NCBI GenBank assembly: GCA_963665665.1
Contig: OY762428.1
Location: forward strand, 608,001-672,000
Direction of reading: 5' to 3'
Source: Candidatus Kapaibacterium sp.
Lineage (GTDB): Bacteria > Bacteroidota > Ignavibacteria > Kapaibacteriales > UBA2268
Length of the DNA stretch: 64,000 bases
Of this stretch, positions 40,401 through 50,024 are shown in pieces (within the stretch, counting starts at the first letter, position 1; every line of letters starts with the position of its first letter). A program made the position numbers and the translations under genes. The notes below the pieces were generated by a model that was given only the letters and a program-made list of their open reading frames with translations, had not been told where the DNA came from and did no database searches.

Positions 40401-41127
40401 TATCGACTGCAATCCACCTGACTTCATATCCCGATATTGATTTTTTTCTAAACAGGACTGAACCGTCTTCTTTATTTAAAATATAGTAATTATAATCCAA
40501 CATGGAATGTGTGTCTGATCTTAGAACGATCAGATCATCATTACTATTTAATGCAATAATAAGTACATCGTTTGCAAAATATTTTTTCCATTCAAGAATT
40601 CCGTCTTTATTAATTTTACAGAAATTTTCGCAATATCCATAACGGCAATAAATATTTCCTTCTTTATCTGAAATAAGATATGAGAATATGGGAACAACTT
40701 CGGGATCTTTGAATGACCATAATAGTTCACCGTCGGGAGAGTATTTTTCAAGAGTTTTATTTGTTCCGATAATAATGTTGTCCCAGGGATCAATACAAAT
40801 AGTCGGCAGCCTTTCTTTAAGCAATAATTTTTCCCATATCCGATTGGAATTAGAATCCAATTTGACTAAATAGGTTTCCCAGTCTATTTTATATCCCGGT
40901 TCATAATCTGTTACAAAAACAACATTACCTTTTGAGTCGTAATCAATATCATCCGTTGTTGCTCCTGTATAATATGCAGCCCAGTCTAAGTGAATGGGGA
41001 TGCTGTCAATGTTACGGGAAAAGGCTGATAAATAAGAAATGATAAAGATTGACATAAATATAAGGGAACGCGAAAGTATATAATCAAAAATATTTTTGTA
41101 TTTGTCCGGCATGGTCTCCATCCTCAT
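37402..41127 (-). CDS. T9SS surface protein paralog 3: beta-propeller head + same stalk + CTD
   Basis: Head very similar to paralog 1, different signal/leader. Confidence 0.85.
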   Translation of the reverse strand: MRMETMPDKYKNIFDYILSRSLIFMSIFIISYLSAFSRNIDSIPIHLDWAAYYTGATTDDIDYDSKGNVVFVTDYEPGYKIDWETYLVKLDSNSNRIWEKLLLKERLPTICIDPWDNIIIGTNKTLEKYSPDGELLWSFKDPEVVPIFSYLISDKEGNIYCRYGYCENFCKINKDGILEWKKYFANDVLIIALNSNDDLIVLRSDTHSMLDYNYYILNKEDGSVLFRKKSISGYEVRWIAVDSDDNIIFSGVDCNFDDTPWDNKCTAKIDKDGNLIYNIIYPTNEALFDVDPMNEYQINAVDQFGNAYIASTHAIYKIDPNGKILWKYNVPVSLFTIKFEPPNTILVGGRAEDNLPKVWNPVNTDYQVPGHPAFLAKFTVERINFEIYDKDIEEQFDTLDLGKICLGDTKTGFAAVKNFSDFGLELKPPVFTESEHFTGEYMRGDSLFWNDTLGVRIHVAPDKTGPIETMMYIYCNEDDAVMDSLLIKALVVEPGMEISNDIDFGYVKFGKRPEKTFTIQNTGTSDLYISGFNDIELPFKVYETAPAIPAVLIPGDSMIVTMTVQGTAEEEYFDTLSVETQKIGEACPIDGFVKLHTITLRYELAANDIDYGFVADCKTPLDTVRLVNCGAAPVKLIDEGYLNNKDDFEIVSATPMGTVLNFLDTAFYVIRFTPKAPDGLKNGELRIKTDHPEEGFRTVRLRGETESVNLTAENISFGNVGINRDSTLKCVLTNHNGFDLTISSIIENHDWLEIQPQSFIIPAGEDYEIDAKINLSDPIDYSAWPQIIIQGPCPDTVAFRIDATGIKSSVEVTPICNYNETEFCQSKTMDIEIKNTGKLPLTLLSGEIQGTDKELFSFEDSYENLEILPGNSIIEKVVFTPESSTNGPKTAQARNIILIDMVEEEFITELQGERYTILYEIPESVSVSARISENGTEQIEFKNTGEYDFTIEEISLENAAEFSITPDLAGRKINAGLSEMLTVSLFSNIAGDYEDKIYLKFAGPFCEYRDTIEISGIVKHENLIFFPETIGTIGDPDFRIPLMLNLNSTEDISGLSYTAEISLDAYLYDLTGIDNANILSNKISGRERILSISGENISLSKGEQAIAELSGGLLLSDIRECELKINSFEWNSPYIDNSTQNGLLKVEEICIGDLRAISTFAIPGITACPNPATGQIEINLSGDISNPQSLEIYDSQGKLLREHPVNSEDKIKINIQDLSSGLYFLILKTATGVYYDKVVVE

Positions 41128-41384
41128 TTTTTCTTATTATTATGATAATATATGTAAATATAACAAATTATACGGCATAAAGTTGCAGGGGTTTTGAATT
41201 ATTATTTCCGGCCCTGTCTCAAACCCCGCAGAGCTGTCACTCTGAGCGCAGCGAAGAGTCCATTCTTCAAGATTTTCTGCTATTTTGTATGGATTCTTCG
41301 GTCGCTTCGCTTTCTCAGAATGACCGCTTTATACAATTTTTCCAGATTTCCAAAGTTCAGCTGAATAGTAACTTTCGTTTATCC

Positions 41385-44300
41385 CTACTCTACAACCACC
41401 TTATCGTAATAAATGCCGGTGGGGGTTTTAAGGATGAGGAAGTAGAGGCCTGAGGACAAGTCCTGAATGTTTATTTTAATTTTATCTTTGCTGTTGAGGG
41501 GAAGTTCGCGGAGGAGCTTGCCCTGTGAATCATATATTTCAAGGTTTTGAGGGTTGGAAATGTCGCCGCTGAGACTGATTTCGATTTGGCCGGTTGCAGG
41601 GTTGGGGAATGCTGTGATGCCGGGGATGGCGAATGCGGATATTGCCCGCAGATCGCCGATGCAGATCTCTTCCACTTTCAGCAGGCCGTTTTGGGTGGAA
41701 TTATCGATATAAGGGCTGTCCCACTCGAAGCTGTTTATTTTTAATTCGCATTCGCGTATGTCTGAAAGGAGCAGGCCGCCGGATAGTTCCGCTATTGCCT
41801 GTTCGCCATTACTAAGACTGATATTCTCGCCTGATATGCTTAAAATACGTTCCCTGCCTGATATTTTATTACTTAGAATGTCTGCGTTATTAATTCCCGA
41901 AAGGTCGTAAAGGTAGGCGTCAAGGCTGATTTCAGCGGTGTAGGAAAGTCCGCTTACATCCTCGGTGGAATTCAGGTTCACCATAAGCGGAATGCGGAAA
42001 TCAGGATCGCCTATCGTTCCTATTGTTTCGGGAAAGTAAATCAGGTTTTCATGTTTTACTATTCCGGATATATCAATAGTATCCCGGTATTCGCAGAAAG
42101 GCCCGGCAAATTTCAGGTATATTTTATCATCATAATCTCCTGCAATGCCTGAAAATAATGATACAGTCAGCATTTCCGAAAGTCCCGCATTGATTTTCCT
42201 TCCTGCCAGGTCGGGAGCAATAGAAAATTCGGCTGCGTTTTCAAGACTGATTTCTTCTATAGTAAAATCATACTCGCCGGTATTCTTCAATTCAATTTGC
42301 TCTGTTCCGTTTTCGCTGATCCTTGCCGAAACCGAGACGGATTCAGGAATTTCGTAAAGTATTGTGTATCTTTCACCTTGCAGCTCTGTAATAAATTCTT
42401 CCTCAACCATGTCTATCAATATTATATTTCGAGCCTGTGCTGTTTTGGGGCCGTTTGTTGATGATTCGGGAGTGAATACGACTTTCTCAATTATTGATTC
42501 TCCAGGCAGAATATCTATGTTTTCATAACTATCTTTGAATGAAAAGAGTTCTTTATCAGTTCCTTGAATTTCACCGGAAAGTAGTGATATGGGCAGGCTG
42601 CCGGTGTTTTTAATCTCAATATCCATCGTTTTGGACTGGCAGAATTCAGTTTCATCATAATTGCAAAGCGGAGTTACCTCAACGGAGGATTTTATGCCTG
42701 TTGCGTTAATTTTGAAAGCCACGGTATCCGGGCAGGGGCCTTGAATGATGATCTGCGGCCATGCAGAATAATCGATAGGATCGCTTAGGTTGATTTTCAC
42801 ATCTATTTCATAATCCTCGCCTGCCGGGATGATGAATGATTGCGGCTGAATTTCCAGCCAGCCATGGTTTTCAATGATTGAGGAAATAAGCAGGTCGAAA
42901 CCGTTGTGGTTGGTGAGTACGCATTTCAAAGTTGAATCGCGGTTTATTCCCACTTCGCCGAAGGAAATATTCTCAGCAGTGAGGTTCACAGATTCTGTCT
43001 CGCCGCGAAGCCTGACAGTACGGAATCCCTCTTCAGGGTGATCTGTCTTAATCCTCAGTTCGCCAGTTTTAAGTCCGTCGGGCGCTTGAGGAGTAAAGCG
43101 TATCAGGTAGAACGCGGTGTCGAGAAAATTGAGGACAGTCCCCATTGGCGTTGCCGACACAATTTCAAAATCATCTTTATTTTTCAGGTATCCTTCGTCA
43201 AGGAGTTCAACAGGGGCTGCGCCGCAGTTCACAAGCCTGACGGTGTCTAACGGGGTCTTGCAGTCCGCCACGAAGCCATAATCAATATCGTTTGCAGCAA
43301 GTTCATAACGCAGGGTTATAGTATGCAGGTTCACAAAGCAGTCGATTGGGCAGGCCTCGCCAATCTTTTGTGTTTCAATAAAAAGGGTATCGAAATACTC
43401 CTCTTCGGCGGTGCCCTGGACTGTCATTGTAACTATCATGCTGTCGCCGGGAATGAGGACTGCCGGTATAGCCGGGTCTGTTTCCGTGATCCTGAATGGC
43501 AGATCGAACTCATTTAAGTCGCTGATGTACAAATCTGAAGTTCCGGAATTGTGTATTGTGAATGTCTTCTCGGGACGTTTCCCGAACTTCACATACCCGA
43601 AGTCAATATCATTGCTGATCTCCATTCCCGGCTCTACGACGAGGGCTTTTATCAGCAGGGAATCCAATATCTCATCATCTTCATTGCAGTAGATGTACAT
43701 CATTGTTTCAATCGGCCCGGTTTTGTCCGGGGCAATATGTATTCTCACACCAAGTGTATCATTCCAGAAAAGCGAATCCCCCCGCATGTATTCGCCGGAA
43801 AAATGCTCGCTATCATCGAATACAGGCGGTTTCAGTTCAAGGCCGAAATCAGATAGGTTTTTTAAAGCAATATCAGCAGTGTTAGTTTCATTTACACATA
43901 TCCTGCCCATGTTAAGAGTATCAATTTTATATTTTGCAAGTTTATCCATGATTTCAATCTTCAACGCTTCGATAGTAAATTTGGCGAGATAGGCTATATG
44001 GTTTGGTACCCGGTAATCCGTATTTACAGGTGAATAATATTTTTCTAATTTACCAGGGGTGTTGCCACCAATACATAAAGTGTTAGGTGGTTTGAATTTA
44101 GTTGAATAGGCATAGTCATCAATGTGAAATTCATTAACTCCAAACTGGTATTCCCATAAAATCATCCCGCTGGGATCTATTTTTTTGATCAAAACATCAA
44201 AATTATCTTTTTTACCTGTTAGTATCAGTAGTGCAACAAAGGCGTTACCATATTGGTCAACTGAATTTATTTGAAATTCATGAACCGGATCAACATCAAA

Positions 44301-45356
44301 AATTGACATTGGCGGATGTATTATATTATAGATAATATTCCCTTCTTTATCTATTTTTGTTGTACTTTCATTATCCCCAGCTGAGTCGTCATAATTAAAA
44401 TCACCACCTGAAAAAATTATATTATCATCTTTATCTACCGCAATCCATCTGACTTCGTATCCGGGTATTGAATTTTTTCTTTGTATAATCGAACCGTCTT
44501 CCTTATCCAAAATATAGTAATTATAATCTAAGGTAGCACGAGTATCGGACCGAAGAACAACCAGGTCATCATTGCTGTTAACAGCAATGATGAGTATTCC
44601 TAAGCCTAAATTCTGCTTCCATGCAAAATTACCATCTTTATCAATTTTCATAATTCTGTTCTTACCCTCTAACCTGGCATAGATATTTCCCTCGCTGTCA
44701 GAAACGAGATAATTAAAAATTCGTTCGTTATCATAAGAAAAATTCCATATCAATTCTCCGTCAGAAGAATATTTTTCAATATGTTCTGATGAACTTACGA
44801 TAATATTATCATAAGGATCAATTGTTAATGCTCCCAAACCTCTGTCCTCAAAATTTATTTCCCATATTAGTTTTGAGTCAGAGTCAAATTTAACTAACCT
44901 GTCGTAACTTGCACCTGGCCCGTCAGCAATAAAATAGACATTATCTTTAGAGTCAAAATCAATATCAGATACAACAATTCCTGAATAATAAGCAGCCCAG
45001 TCTAAGTGAATTGGGATACTGTCTCTTGTCTGGGAATTGGTTGAAGATATTGATATTATAAAAACTAAAATAGATAGTATTAAAGCACGCATAAAAACTC
45101 CGGGATAGTATGATTCTAAACTTGGATTAATAGGATGTATAGGATTAATAGGATGGACAGGATTAATAGGATGAACAGGATTAATAGGATGAACAGGATG
45201 GACAGGATTAATAGGATGAACAGGATGAATTGGATGAACAGGATGAATTGGATGAATTGGATGAATTGGATTAATAGGATGTATAGGATGTATAGGATTA
45301 ATAGGATGTATAGGATTATTGGGATAATCAATCTCATTTTTTGTTGGAAATGGCAT
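41385..45356 (-). CDS. T9SS surface protein paralog 4: divergent beta-propeller head + same stalk + CTD (alternative start 45092)
   Basis: Leader and signal like paralog 1, head diverged, stalk shared from SDFGLELKPP. Confidence 0.85.
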   Translation of the reverse strand: MPFPTKNEIDYPNNPIHPINPIHPIHPINPIHPIHPIHPVHPIHPVHPINPVHPVHPINPVHPINPVHPINPIHPINPSLESYYPGVFMRALILSILVFIISISSTNSQTRDSIPIHLDWAAYYSGIVVSDIDFDSKDNVYFIADGPGASYDRLVKFDSDSKLIWEINFEDRGLGALTIDPYDNIIVSSSEHIEKYSSDGELIWNFSYDNERIFNYLVSDSEGNIYARLEGKNRIMKIDKDGNFAWKQNLGLGILIIAVNSNDDLVVLRSDTRATLDYNYYILDKEDGSIIQRKNSIPGYEVRWIAVDKDDNIIFSGGDFNYDDSAGDNESTTKIDKEGNIIYNIIHPPMSIFDVDPVHEFQINSVDQYGNAFVALLILTGKKDNFDVLIKKIDPSGMILWEYQFGVNEFHIDDYAYSTKFKPPNTLCIGGNTPGKLEKYYSPVNTDYRVPNHIAYLAKFTIEALKIEIMDKLAKYKIDTLNMGRICVNETNTADIALKNLSDFGLELKPPVFDDSEHFSGEYMRGDSLFWNDTLGVRIHIAPDKTGPIETMMYIYCNEDDEILDSLLIKALVVEPGMEISNDIDFGYVKFGKRPEKTFTIHNSGTSDLYISDLNEFDLPFRITETDPAIPAVLIPGDSMIVTMTVQGTAEEEYFDTLFIETQKIGEACPIDCFVNLHTITLRYELAANDIDYGFVADCKTPLDTVRLVNCGAAPVELLDEGYLKNKDDFEIVSATPMGTVLNFLDTAFYLIRFTPQAPDGLKTGELRIKTDHPEEGFRTVRLRGETESVNLTAENISFGEVGINRDSTLKCVLTNHNGFDLLISSIIENHGWLEIQPQSFIIPAGEDYEIDVKINLSDPIDYSAWPQIIIQGPCPDTVAFKINATGIKSSVEVTPLCNYDETEFCQSKTMDIEIKNTGSLPISLLSGEIQGTDKELFSFKDSYENIDILPGESIIEKVVFTPESSTNGPKTAQARNIILIDMVEEEFITELQGERYTILYEIPESVSVSARISENGTEQIELKNTGEYDFTIEEISLENAAEFSIAPDLAGRKINAGLSEMLTVSLFSGIAGDYDDKIYLKFAGPFCEYRDTIDISGIVKHENLIYFPETIGTIGDPDFRIPLMVNLNSTEDVSGLSYTAEISLDAYLYDLSGINNADILSNKISGRERILSISGENISLSNGEQAIAELSGGLLLSDIRECELKINSFEWDSPYIDNSTQNGLLKVEEICIGDLRAISAFAIPGITAFPNPATGQIEISLSGDISNPQNLEIYDSQGKLLRELPLNSKDKIKINIQDLSSGLYFLILKTPTGIYYDKVVVE
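45123..45324. repeat. 9-bp tandem repeat, ~22 units
   Basis: Reads P(I/V)(H/N) x22 in frame on the minus strand. Confidence 0.9.
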
Positions 45357-45474
45357 ATTTTCATCCTCTCCTTTTTTATTCTTGTGATTTAGCTAATATA
45401 ACAAATTATATAGTGCAAAGTTGCAGGGGTTTTGAATTATTATTTCCGGCCCTGTCTCAATCCCCGCAGAGCTG

Positions 45475-45812
45475 TCACTCTGAGCGCAGCGAAGAGTCCA
45501 TTCCTAATTGACAATGGACAATTAAGAATTAAAAATTGGAAGAAGCCACCTGTCCCCCGCTGTCGCCGACGTGTCGGGAAAGGGCGGGGTGGACTTCCGG
45601 AAAAATTCCCCTCCCTTGGAGGGGATTAAAGGGGTGGTTTCTTTTTCTTAGCCTCCGCACCTTGCACATTTACCCACGAGCTAAAGCACGTGGCTATTGA
45701 ACTTGACGATGGTAAAACTGCATGTCATCCTGAGTGAAGCGAAGGATCCATTCTTTATGCATCAGCTACTAAGAAAGATGGATTCTTCGGTCGCTTCGCT
45801 CCGTCAGAATGA
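45475..45812. repeat. REP-like palindrome mosaic
   Basis: Same modules as 16458-17047. Confidence 0.75.
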
Positions 45813-46960
45813 CAACATACTACCTCCTTCTCCGGCCCTTACCCCCCGTTTTTCCACCCCAATGAACAGGCCGCAGGACTTAATTCCCTATCCTGTGGTT
45901 TCAATGAACCGGATAATTTCCTTACTTCAATGCTGTTTTGAACCAGAATTCAAATGTTTGGGCTAATTGCTTGGATTGCAGGGCTTTAAACTGCCATGGC
46001 CGGAGTTATTGAATCATTGTTTGGCCTTAATGTAGTGAAATTTGGCCTTATTGAGGACTTGTTTAGCCTTATTGAGGACTTGTTTGGCCTTACTGAGGAC
46101 TTGTTTGACCTTATTGAGGTCTTGTTTGACCTTACTGAGGACTTGTTTGACCTTACTGAGGACTTGTTTGACTTTACTGAGGTCTTGTTTGGCCTTACTG
46201 AGGACTTGTTTAGCCTTACTGAACACTTGGTTGACCTTACTGAACACTTGTTTGACCTTACTGAACGCTTGGTTGATCTTACTGAACATGTTCTTTGCCT
46301 CCGACCAAGAGTTCAATGACTTCGACCAAGGCAGAAATGACTCCGACCAAGGCGTCAATAACTCCGAACAAGGCAGCAATATCATCAAACATCGGTGCAT
46401 CGATTTGGAACAATGCAGCAATAAAGCAAAACATTGATGCAATAGCGTCGAACAAGTGTTCATTATCACCAAACATCGGTGCATCGATTTGGAACAATGC
46501 GTCATTATCTTCAACCAAGGCGGCAATGACTCCGACCAAGGCGGCAATGACTTCGACCAAGGCATCAATAACTCCGAACAAGGCAGCAATATCATCAAAC
46601 ATCGGTGCATCGATTTGGAACAATGCAGCAATAAAGCAAAACATTGATGCAATAGCGTCGAACAAGTGTTCATTATCACCAAACATCGGTGCATCGATTT
46701 GGAACAATGCGTCATTATCTTCAACCAAGGCGGCAATGACTTAAAACATTGGTGCATTGCTTCCAACCAAGTCAGCAACAGAATCAAACATTGATGCAAT
46801 AGCGTCGACCCCTCCCAAACCCTCCCCGAAGGGGAGGGCTTTGAAGAAAAACATTGCTGCAATGACTTAGACCAAGGCATCAATAACTCCGACCAAGGCG
46901 TCAATTGTTTCGACCAAGGCAGCAATAAAGCAAAACATTGGTGCAATGGCTTCAACCCCT
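45808..46960. repeat. Composite 21-bp double-array element (copy 2)
   Basis: Flank nearly identical to 17041-17290; ~12 x TTGACCTTACTGAGGACTTGT; second array has a 210-bp-period duplication (46356/46566). Confidence 0.85.
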
Positions 46961-47316
46961 CCTACCTCCCCCCGGCTCCCTCCTTCGGAAGGAGGGGGAG
47001 TTAATCTTATGATATTTAACTTCTTATCCCCTCCTCAGGGAGGAGGGGAATACAGGGGAGGTTTTCTTTATCTTAGCTTCCTTTATCCACGAGCTAAAGC
47101 ACGTGGCTATTGATTTTGACGAAGACCGTGGTATACAGTTTGATTTGCCTGCCCCGATTTAAAGTATAATTATCCGGGGCTTGTCCGGGAATAACATATA
47201 GTAATTTCAGGAAAAGGTATGTATTAATTAAATAATTTGATAAATTTATAAAGCTAATTTTTAGATAGTTGTATTATCAGTTAAATTAACTCGATCTGAA
47301 AGTAAAGCAGGAAGTC

Positions 47317-48309
47317 ATGGAAAGAAGAAAATTTATTAAAACTATATCAGCAGCATCGGCGGGGGCAGTTTTTGCACAGTCTGTAATCTCGTGCAAGTCG
47401 GACGCGGAACATGTGAAAGAAGAATCGGTTAAGCCGGAATTACCTGTTGCAATTTGCACATGGAATTTCCGGAATGCCATAGTTAAAGCCGGAGAGGTTA
47501 TAAGTTCAGGAGGCTCTTCTATTGACGCTGTAGAGCAGGGAGTGATGGTTGAAGAAGCCGACGAGACTAATACAACCGTTGGCCGGGGAGGAGCGCCGGA
47601 CAGGGACGGCAACGTAACTCTTGATGCCTGTATAATGAATAAAGACGGCGATTACGGTGCTGTTGCATGCCTCAGGAATATTCTTCATCCGGTTTCGGTG
47701 GCACGCATGGTTATGGAAAAAACTCCACATGCTATACTTGCCGGCAAGGGGGCTTTGCAGTTTGCCCTGGAAAACGGCTTTAAGGAGGAAAACCTTCTGA
47801 CAGAAAAATCACGCAAAGAATGGGAAAAATGGAAAGTAAAATCCGAGTATAAGCCTGTTATAAATATTGAAAGCCACGATACTATAGGAATGCTGGCGCT
47901 TGATAAAAACGGCGATATTGCCGGAGCCTGCACCACGAGCGGATTGGCATATAAAATGGCAGGCAGGGTCGGGGACTCGCCAATAATCGGGTCGGGGCTT
48001 TATGTTGATAATGAAGTTGGCGGAGCCGTAGCTACAGGCCTTGGCGAGGAAGTTTTGAAAAATGTTTGTTGCTTTCTTGTTGTGGAGTTAATGAGGAATG
48101 GCGCCTCGCCCGGTGAAGCCTCCAAAACGGCTATTGAAAGAATTATAGCAAGAAACAAAGATTATAAGGATTTTCAGGTGGGGCTGATAGCTTTGAATAA
48201 AAACGGCATAGCCGGGTCATACAGTATTCACGACGGATTTTCATACGCCATGCACCAAAATAATGAGATAAAAAATATTCAGTCACCATTTTACAACAAA
48301 GAACAATGA
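47317..48309 (+). CDS. N4-(beta-N-acetylglucosaminyl)-L-asparaginase (glycosylasparaginase, Ntn hydrolase)
   Basis: Tat signal RRKFIK; autocleavage site HD-TIG; GRVGDSPIIG; ATGLGE. Confidence 0.9.
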   Translation: MERRKFIKTISAASAGAVFAQSVISCKSDAEHVKEESVKPELPVAICTWNFRNAIVKAGEVISSGGSSIDAVEQGVMVEEADETNTTVGRGGAPDRDGNVTLDACIMNKDGDYGAVACLRNILHPVSVARMVMEKTPHAILAGKGALQFALENGFKEENLLTEKSRKEWEKWKVKSEYKPVINIESHDTIGMLALDKNGDIAGACTTSGLAYKMAGRVGDSPIIGSGLYVDNEVGGAVATGLGEEVLKNVCCFLVVELMRNGASPGEASKTAIERIIARNKDYKDFQVGLIALNKNGIAGSYSIHDGFSYAMHQNNEIKNIQSPFYNKEQ

Positions 48310-49637
48310 AAGATAATAACAAGTATTTACTGCCGTTTATCGCCCTCACTACTCTGTTTTTCCTTTGGGGCTTTATTACCGTTCTCGTGGACGCCTTTAT
48401 TCCGCGCCTGCGCGAGGTGTTTGAACTTTCTTATGGAAAAGCCGGATTGGTGCAGGTGGCATGGTTTCTGGCTTACCTGCTAATATCAATACCCGGCGGA
48501 AAAATAGTATCCCGGCTGGGCTACAAGAAAGGAATAATTGCCGGGCTTTTAATATCCGGCCTTGGCTGTCTGATATTTATTCCGGCAGCTTCGTTCAGGT
48601 CGTTCTACATTTTCCTAATGGCACTCTTCACTCTGGCCGGCGGCATTACAATACTCCAGGTTGCCGCCAACCCCTTTGTATCCGTTCTCGGGCCCGAGCA
48701 AAAGGCTTCGAGCAGGCTGAATCTATCCCAGGCATTCAATTCGCTTGGAACAACCCTGGCCCCGATTTTTGCCAGCGCTTTTCTGCTGAGCGACACAATA
48801 AAATCTTCTGTTGAGATTAATGAATTAAGCTCTGCTGCGAAGGAAATATATTACGCTTCCGAAGCATCGGCAGTTCAAATGCCCTTCCTGTTTATAGCAG
48901 TTTTTCTTATCCTGCTCGGGACAATTTTTGCATTTATCAAACTACCAAGAATACTGGAAAAGAGCGACAGCAAAAACCGCTTTCGCGACGCCCTGAAATT
49001 TCCGCAGCTGCGCCTTGGAGCTATTGGTATATTCCTTTATGTTGGCGCTGAAGTGGCCATTGGCAGTTACCTTATAAATTATTTTCTTGATATGGGAATG
49101 CCGCAGGCTATTATTGATAATGATGTTACCAGGGTAATAGCTACATTTATAGCTAATATTTTCCACGGCATGGATATTAATACGATAGATGCGAAGGCAA
49201 TTGTCGGGACTTTTGTAATATTTTACTGGGGCGGAGCAATGATAGGCAGGTTTATCGGTTCCTGGCTAACCGGGAAATTCAATGCAGCCGGTATTCTTGG
49301 CCTTTTCGGGATCAGCGCTATTTTTCTTCTTCTTATTACTATTAATACAACCGGTTTTACTGCCATGTTCACTGTGCTTGGCGTTGGCCTGTTCAATTCA
49401 ATAATGTTCCCAACAATATTTACATTGTCGATAGAAGGGCTGGACAGCTACAAACCGCAGGCTTCGGGTATTCTGTGTACCGCAATTTTCGGAGGAGCGG
49501 TAATACCACCCCTATTCGGAGTAATCGCCGACGGTTTTGGATTTAAAACTGCTTTTATTTTGCCAATACTTTGCTACATTTTCATAATATTTTTCGCGAT
49601 GTATATGAGAAAGCGAACCTCCGAAGTTATGGCTTAG
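48306..49637 (+). CDS. FucP/GluP-type MFS sugar:H+ symporter
   Basis: LFFLWGF, LQVAANP, RLNLSQAFNSLGT, FLYVGAEV, NSIMFPTIF. Confidence 0.9.
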   Translation: MKDNNKYLLPFIALTTLFFLWGFITVLVDAFIPRLREVFELSYGKAGLVQVAWFLAYLLISIPGGKIVSRLGYKKGIIAGLLISGLGCLIFIPAASFRSFYIFLMALFTLAGGITILQVAANPFVSVLGPEQKASSRLNLSQAFNSLGTTLAPIFASAFLLSDTIKSSVEINELSSAAKEIYYASEASAVQMPFLFIAVFLILLGTIFAFIKLPRILEKSDSKNRFRDALKFPQLRLGAIGIFLYVGAEVAIGSYLINYFLDMGMPQAIIDNDVTRVIATFIANIFHGMDINTIDAKAIVGTFVIFYWGGAMIGRFIGSWLTGKFNAAGILGLFGISAIFLLLITINTTGFTAMFTVLGVGLFNSIMFPTIFTLSIEGLDSYKPQASGILCTAIFGGAVIPPLFGVIADGFGFKTAFILPILCYIFIIFFAMYMRKRTSEVMA

Positions 49638-49664
49638 TCCTGGAATAGATGACAATTTCTCTTT

Positions 49665-49785
49665 TCCCTCCTTCCCAAGTTATACTTGGGAAGGAATATT
49701 TCCTACAAAGTTCTACTGTGGAATTATGAAGCTTAGCTTCAAGAGAGAACTGCATTACGAAGTACAAGTTCGTAATGAGGGGAAA
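49665..49785. repeat. Inverted copy of the TTCCCAAG..CTTGGGAA / ATTACGAAG..TTCGTAAT module
   Basis: Reverse complement of 16620-16737, 28828-28945 and 33232-33352. Confidence 0.75.
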
Positions 49786-50024
49786 AGGAGCTTGCGACTG
49801 AAAAATCCATATTCCTAACCCTCCTGCTCGATAACTTAACCCACAGCAACAGCAGCGATACAGCAACAAGAAACATTTGCGGGAATAATAAAGATTGATT
49901 AAGTTCCGGCAATCAATAACAATGCGAAAAAGTTTGAGACCAAATTGAATTTGATATGTTACTAACTATATATAAATAATACTACCCGATGGTAGTAATG
50001 TAAAAACAATTATGGGGCTTTACC

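Noticed and set aside
29257-43992. Recurrent antisense ORFs inside the four paralogs
   Set aside because: Shadows of duplicated coding sequence
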